Part shown: positions 60,563 through 64,000 of the stretch, piece by piece
How the letters are laid out: the number at the start of each line of letters is the position of its first letter
How positions within the stretch are numbered: position 1 is the stretch's first letter
Source of the DNA: Candidatus Parcubacteria bacterium
GTDB lineage: Bacteria > Patescibacteriota > Minisyncoccia > Minisyncoccales > JAGMDC01
DNA: 64,000 bases
Assembly (NCBI GenBank): GCA_023130975.1
Contig: JAGMAD010000001.1
Span: 17,238 to 81,237 of the forward strand
Direction of reading: 5' to 3'
The notes under the pieces: model-generated
Told to the model about the DNA's origin: nothing
Databases searched by the model: none
What the model saw: the letters and a program-made list of their open reading frames with translations, nothing else
Program-made: the position numbers and the translations under genes

Positions 60563-61791
60563 TTTTGAGTCAGAATCTGATTAAATTTATTTTTTAGAAA
60601 TTTATCTTTAAATAAAGCAAAATTATTTTGTGATTTATAATCTTTTTTCTTTTGAATTATTAATTTTTGGTAAAGATTAAGAAGTTTTTTTGTAGCATTT
60701 TCAACAGAATAATTTTTAGCCATTTTTCTGGCTTTTTCTGAAATGCTTCCTCTTAACTCCTCGTTGTTTATTAATTTTAGAACCTCTTTGCTAAATTCAT
60801 CAATGCCATTAGGAGCCAAAATGCCGTTTTCTCCATCTATAATAGCATTTTTTATTCCCCCAGCTTTTACGGCTACAATAGGAAGACCAGAAGCCATAGC
60901 TTCAGTAATAACAGTTGGTTGAACTTCAGAAAAAGAACTAAATAAAAAAATATCAGCCGCTTTATAAAAAGAAGGAATTTTTTCTTGTTCTATCTCGCCT
61001 GTGAATATAACTCTATTCTTAAGTTCTAATTGATTACTTTGACTTTCTAATGATTTTTTAGAAGGACCATCCCCTACTATTATAAAATAAACATCAGGAT
61101 TCTTTAAGATAGTTTTTTTAAATGACTTCAATAAAAAAGAAATGTTTTTTTCTGGAGCTAATCGAGAAACTGTTAACAGAACAATTTTATCTTCATCTAT
61201 GTTATATTTTTTCTTTATTGTCTCTTTATTTGCCTTAGAAAATCTTTCTAAATCAACTCCGGAAGGAAGAATGGTTATGGGTGTTTTCACTTTATATTTT
61301 AAAAGAGAGTTTTTAATATCTTCAGTAGGAGCAATTACAGCATCACAGGAATTAGCATAAAAAGCACGAAGTGATAGAGCAAGTGGCTTACTTATTTCTT
61401 TAGGTAAATAAGGAATATAGTGAGTGTAATATTCGTAACGGGTATGTTGGGTGAAGACCAAAGGAATATTAAACTTTTTAGCATAATACCAAGCAATCTG
61501 TCCACAAACAAAAAAATGCTGCGTATGAGCAATGTCTAAATTTATTTTCTTTATTGTTCTATTAATGCGAGAAGAAGAAATTATAGGTAAAGGATAAGAA
61601 ATTTTGTAATTAAGGTCTATTGATTTAAAACGAAAAACTCGGGGATTTTCATCTCTATATCCTGGCTGTTTGGCAGCAAAGATATAAACTTTATGGCCTT
61701 GTCTTTCTAATTCCTTTCGATAGTTCTCTATTATAGTAACAACACCACTGATTATGGGAAGATAGATATTGGTAAAAATTCCTATCCGCAT
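60559..61791 (-). CDS. Glycosyltransferase family 4 (GT-B)
   Basis: RIGIFTNIYLPIISGV N-terminus. E-x7-E region FSEVQPTVITEAMASGLPIVA. Confidence 0.85.
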   Translation of the reverse strand: MRIGIFTNIYLPIISGVVTIIENYRKELERQGHKVYIFAAKQPGYRDENPRVFRFKSIDLNYKISYPLPIISSSRINRTIKKINLDIAHTQHFFVCGQIAWYYAKKFNIPLVFTQHTRYEYYTHYIPYLPKEISKPLALSLRAFYANSCDAVIAPTEDIKNSLLKYKVKTPITILPSGVDLERFSKANKETIKKKYNIDEDKIVLLTVSRLAPEKNISFLLKSFKKTILKNPDVYFIIVGDGPSKKSLESQSNQLELKNRVIFTGEIEQEKIPSFYKAADIFLFSSFSEVQPTVITEAMASGLPIVAVKAGGIKNAIIDGENGILAPNGIDEFSKEVLKLINNEELRGSISEKARKMAKNYSVENATKKLLNLYQKLIIQKKKDYKSQNNFALFKDKFLKNKFNQILTQK

Positions 61792-61794
61792 ATA

Positions 61795-61995
61795 TTATTT
61801 TTCTATTATTCTCCAAACTTTTTCTACAAATTTATTTCTTCGAATCTTCCACTCGTATCTCATTATAAGAAGCCAAACACCAAATAAAATCAAAATACAA
61901 GGCCAAGTGATACCCCATGTTTGAGTAGTAATAATTCCCAAGTTTTTTGCCAGAAATATTACTCCTAAAAGTATTATAATTAAAGCAAATAACAT
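61795..61995 (-). CDS. Small two-TM membrane protein
   Basis: 66 aa. LIIILLGVIFLAKNLG..WPCILILFGVWLL. ATG lies 2 nt after the tRNA-Lys 3' end. Confidence 0.55.
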   Translation of the reverse strand: MLFALIIILLGVIFLAKNLGIITTQTWGITWPCILILFGVWLLIMRYEWKIRRNKFVEKVWRIIEK

Positions 61996-61997
61996 AG

Positions 61998-62071
61998 TGC
62001 GCTCAGCAGGAATCGGACCTGCAACCTTATCCTTAAAAGGGATCTGCTCTACCTAGTTGAGCTATGAGCGC
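61998..62071 (-). tRNA. tRNA-Lys (anticodon UUU)
   Basis: Hand-folded. Acceptor GCGCUCA/UGAGCGC, D arm GCUC-AACUAGGUA-GAGC, anticodon loop CUUUUAA, T arm GCAGG-UCCGAUU-CCUGC, discriminator A. CCA is not encoded. Confidence 0.85.
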
Positions 62072-62088
62072 AGCACTTCGTTAAATTA

Positions 62089-63162
62089 TTACATTCCTTC
62101 TTCTTTCAACTTTTCTAACAATTCTTTCTGTTTCCTTGTTAATCGTTTTGGTGTCTTAATTTCTAATTCTACGTACATATTTCCTTTGCCAAAACCAGAA
62201 AAATGAGGAATACCTTTTCCAGAAATCCGTAAGACCTTGCCTGATTCAGCACCAATCGGCACTTTTAATAAAATGTTTTTTCCTTCCAGGGTCGGCACTG
62301 CTACTTCATTTCCTAAAACTGCTTGGGAAAAAGAAATAGGAACTGAAATATATAAATCATCTCCTCTTCTCATAAACAGAGGATGCTTTTTAACGATGAT
62401 TCGCACATATAAATCGCCAGGACCTCCTCCTTTTTTACCGGCATCGCCTTTACCTTCAATCTTTATCACTTGATTAGTGTCTACTCCCGCCGGGATATAA
62501 ACAGTAATTTCTTCTTCTTTTTTAATTCTCCCTTCACTCTTGCAAACATTACAGGGTTTCTCCGGTTTTGTTCCTTCACCGTTGCATTCAGGACAAATAA
62601 CATAATGGGTAATTGAACCAAAAATGGTTCTTTTTATCTGCTGAACCTGGCCCGTACCCCGGCAAGTAAAACACTCTTTTACAGAAGTTCCTGGTTCAGC
62701 ACCGGTTCCCTGACAGCGAGAACAACTTACCATCTTGTAAAGTACGATTTTCTCTTTCTGGCTCTTTAAGGTTGCCTCTAATGGAATTTCAATGTCAATT
62801 TCAATGTCTCTTCCTCTTTTTAAATCTCTTTTTCTTCGGCTGTCAAATCCAGCACCAAAAAACTCTTCAAACATCTCTCCTATGTCGCCAAAACCAAAAT
62901 CTGCGCCTGGACCAAATCCAGCGCCAAAATCAAATCCCGGCTCAAAACCAGCTCCGGTTTCAAAAGTTCTGCCAAAACGATCATACTGAGCCCTTTTTTC
63001 TTTATTAGAAAGAATCTGGTAGGCCTCGTTTATCTCTTTAAATTTCTTTTCATCGCCTCCTTTGTCCGGATGGTGTTGATGAGCCAGCTTTCTATACGCT
63101 TTTTTAATTTCTTCTTGATTAGCGTCTCTCGAAACGCCAAGAATTTGGTAGTAATCAGTCAT
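62089..63162 (-). CDS. dnaJ: Molecular chaperone DnaJ
   Basis: J domain DYYQILGV...HPD, G/F region, four CxxCxG zinc motifs. Confidence 0.95.
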   Translation of the reverse strand: MTDYYQILGVSRDANQEEIKKAYRKLAHQHHPDKGGDEKKFKEINEAYQILSNKEKRAQYDRFGRTFETGAGFEPGFDFGAGFGPGADFGFGDIGEMFEEFFGAGFDSRRKRDLKRGRDIEIDIEIPLEATLKSQKEKIVLYKMVSCSRCQGTGAEPGTSVKECFTCRGTGQVQQIKRTIFGSITHYVICPECNGEGTKPEKPCNVCKSEGRIKKEEEITVYIPAGVDTNQVIKIEGKGDAGKKGGGPGDLYVRIIVKKHPLFMRRGDDLYISVPISFSQAVLGNEVAVPTLEGKNILLKVPIGAESGKVLRISGKGIPHFSGFGKGNMYVELEIKTPKRLTRKQKELLEKLKEEGM

Positions 63163-63294
63163 AAAAGAAAATTTTTAATTTTATAATTTTTAAATAATGT
63201 TTTAATGTTCTAATTTTTAAACAAGAATAGAAAAAACAAAAAAGTTTAAAAATTAAAAATTAGGATTTATTTATAAAATTAAAAATTAAAAATT

Positions 63295-63999
63295 TTATTT
63301 TTCCTTATATTCTCCTTCTTCTGTCCCCTTTTTCTCATCGCCTTCCTCTTTCGGCTTTTCCTGCCCGGGTTGCTGTCCCTGCCCTGACTGGGATTGACCA
63401 TACATCTGGGCGCCGATTTTCTGAATCACCTGCGATAATTCTAATGTTTTGCTTTTTATTTCATCTATATTATCACTATCTTTAAGTTTTTTCAATTCAT
63501 TAACTTTCTCCTCAATTTCTTTTTTTATATCTGCTGAAATCTTGTCGCCGGCCTCTCTCAGGGTCTTTTCAGTAGTATAGACCAAATTATCAGCAATATT
63601 GCGGGCTTCAATTATTTCTTTTTTCTTTATATCTTCTTGAGCATGCGCTTCTGCTTCTTTTTTCATTTTCTCCACTTCCTCTTTGGAAACACCGCAAGAA
63701 CCTTCAATCCTAATTGACTGTTCTTTCCCAGTGGCTTTATCCTTTGCTGAAACACTTAAAATACCATTGGCGTCAATGTCAAAGCTCACCTCAATCTGGG
63801 GAAGTCCTCTTGGTGCCGGCGGAATTCCGTCTAAAATAAATCTGCCTAAGCTTTTATTATCAGCTGCCATCGGTCTTTCTCCCTGCAAAATATGAATTTC
63901 CACTGAGGGCTGATTCTCGGCAGCCGTAGAGAAAATCTGGGTTTTAGAAGTAGGAATAGTGGTATTTTTGGAAATCAGGATAGTGTTAACATTACCCAG
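63295..63999 (-). CDS. dnaK: Molecular chaperone DnaK (C-terminal part; 5' end outside window)
   Basis: The frame stays open to the window edge (..[53 protein letters not shown]). Confidence 0.95.
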   Translation of the reverse strand: MGNVNTILISKNTTIPTSKTQIFSTAAENQPSVEIHILQGERPMAADNKSLGRFILDGIPPAPRGLPQIEVSFDIDANGILSVSAKDKATGKEQSIRIEGSCGVSKEEVEKMKKEAEAHAQEDIKKKEIIEARNIADNLVYTTEKTLREAGDKISADIKKEIEEKVNELKKLKDSDNIDEIKSKTLELSQVIQKIGAQMYGQSQSGQGQQPGQEKPKEEGDEKKGTEEGEYKEK

Positions 64000-64000
64000 G

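Overview
This is an AT-rich (about one-third GC by eye), gene-dense bacterial fragment that looks like a Candidate Phyla Radiation / Patescibacteria (Parcubacteria-like) genome. It carries compact housekeeping genes (rmuC, rplU, recR, dnaB, dnaX, efp, aspS, gltX, pyrG, rplI, rpmA, dnaJ, partial dnaK). It also has a split peptidoglycan/dcw cluster (murC ... DD-carboxypeptidase, mraY, a MurL-like gene, murD, ftsW, murG) and polyprenyl/glycolipid genes (two uppS paralogues around a geranylgeranyl-reductase-like flavoprotein, UbiA, GT4). An AmmeMemoRadiSam trio and three tRNAs (Cys-GCA, Gln-UUG, Lys-UUU) are present. The genetic code is standard, and there is no rRNA and no CRISPR array.

Main observations:
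1. An archaeal-type indirect cysteine-coding operon, tRNA-Cys / SepRS / SepCysS. Both enzymes contain no cysteine, and the SepCysS homologue has lost all three catalytic Cys positions.
2. An internally deleted archaeal TFB (TFIIB) gene remnant inside a bacterial genome.
3. A family of GC-rich palindromic MITE-like elements with 13-14 nt terminal inverted repeats and 4-bp target duplications. Three copies sit in frame inside protein-coding genes (Rickettsia-RPE-like). Further GC-rich hairpin repeat families are also found inside ORFs.
4. An accessory or defence islet: two paralogous NYN-domain cassettes, radC-mazG-nuclease-like genes, an RM-gene tail remnant and AIPR. Each NYN gene is paired with a convergent small hairpin RNA bounded by its own promoter and terminator. 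One NYN cassette is flanked by a duplicated radC promoter and 5' end.
5. Leaderless expression logic: -10 box, 6 nt, then ATG at several core genes, and a tRNA 3' end 1-2 nt before an ATG at two genes. This contrasts with strong-SD, purine-rich mini-genes dropped between core genes.

All calls come from reading the sequence and from recalled family motifs. No searches or folding programs were run.
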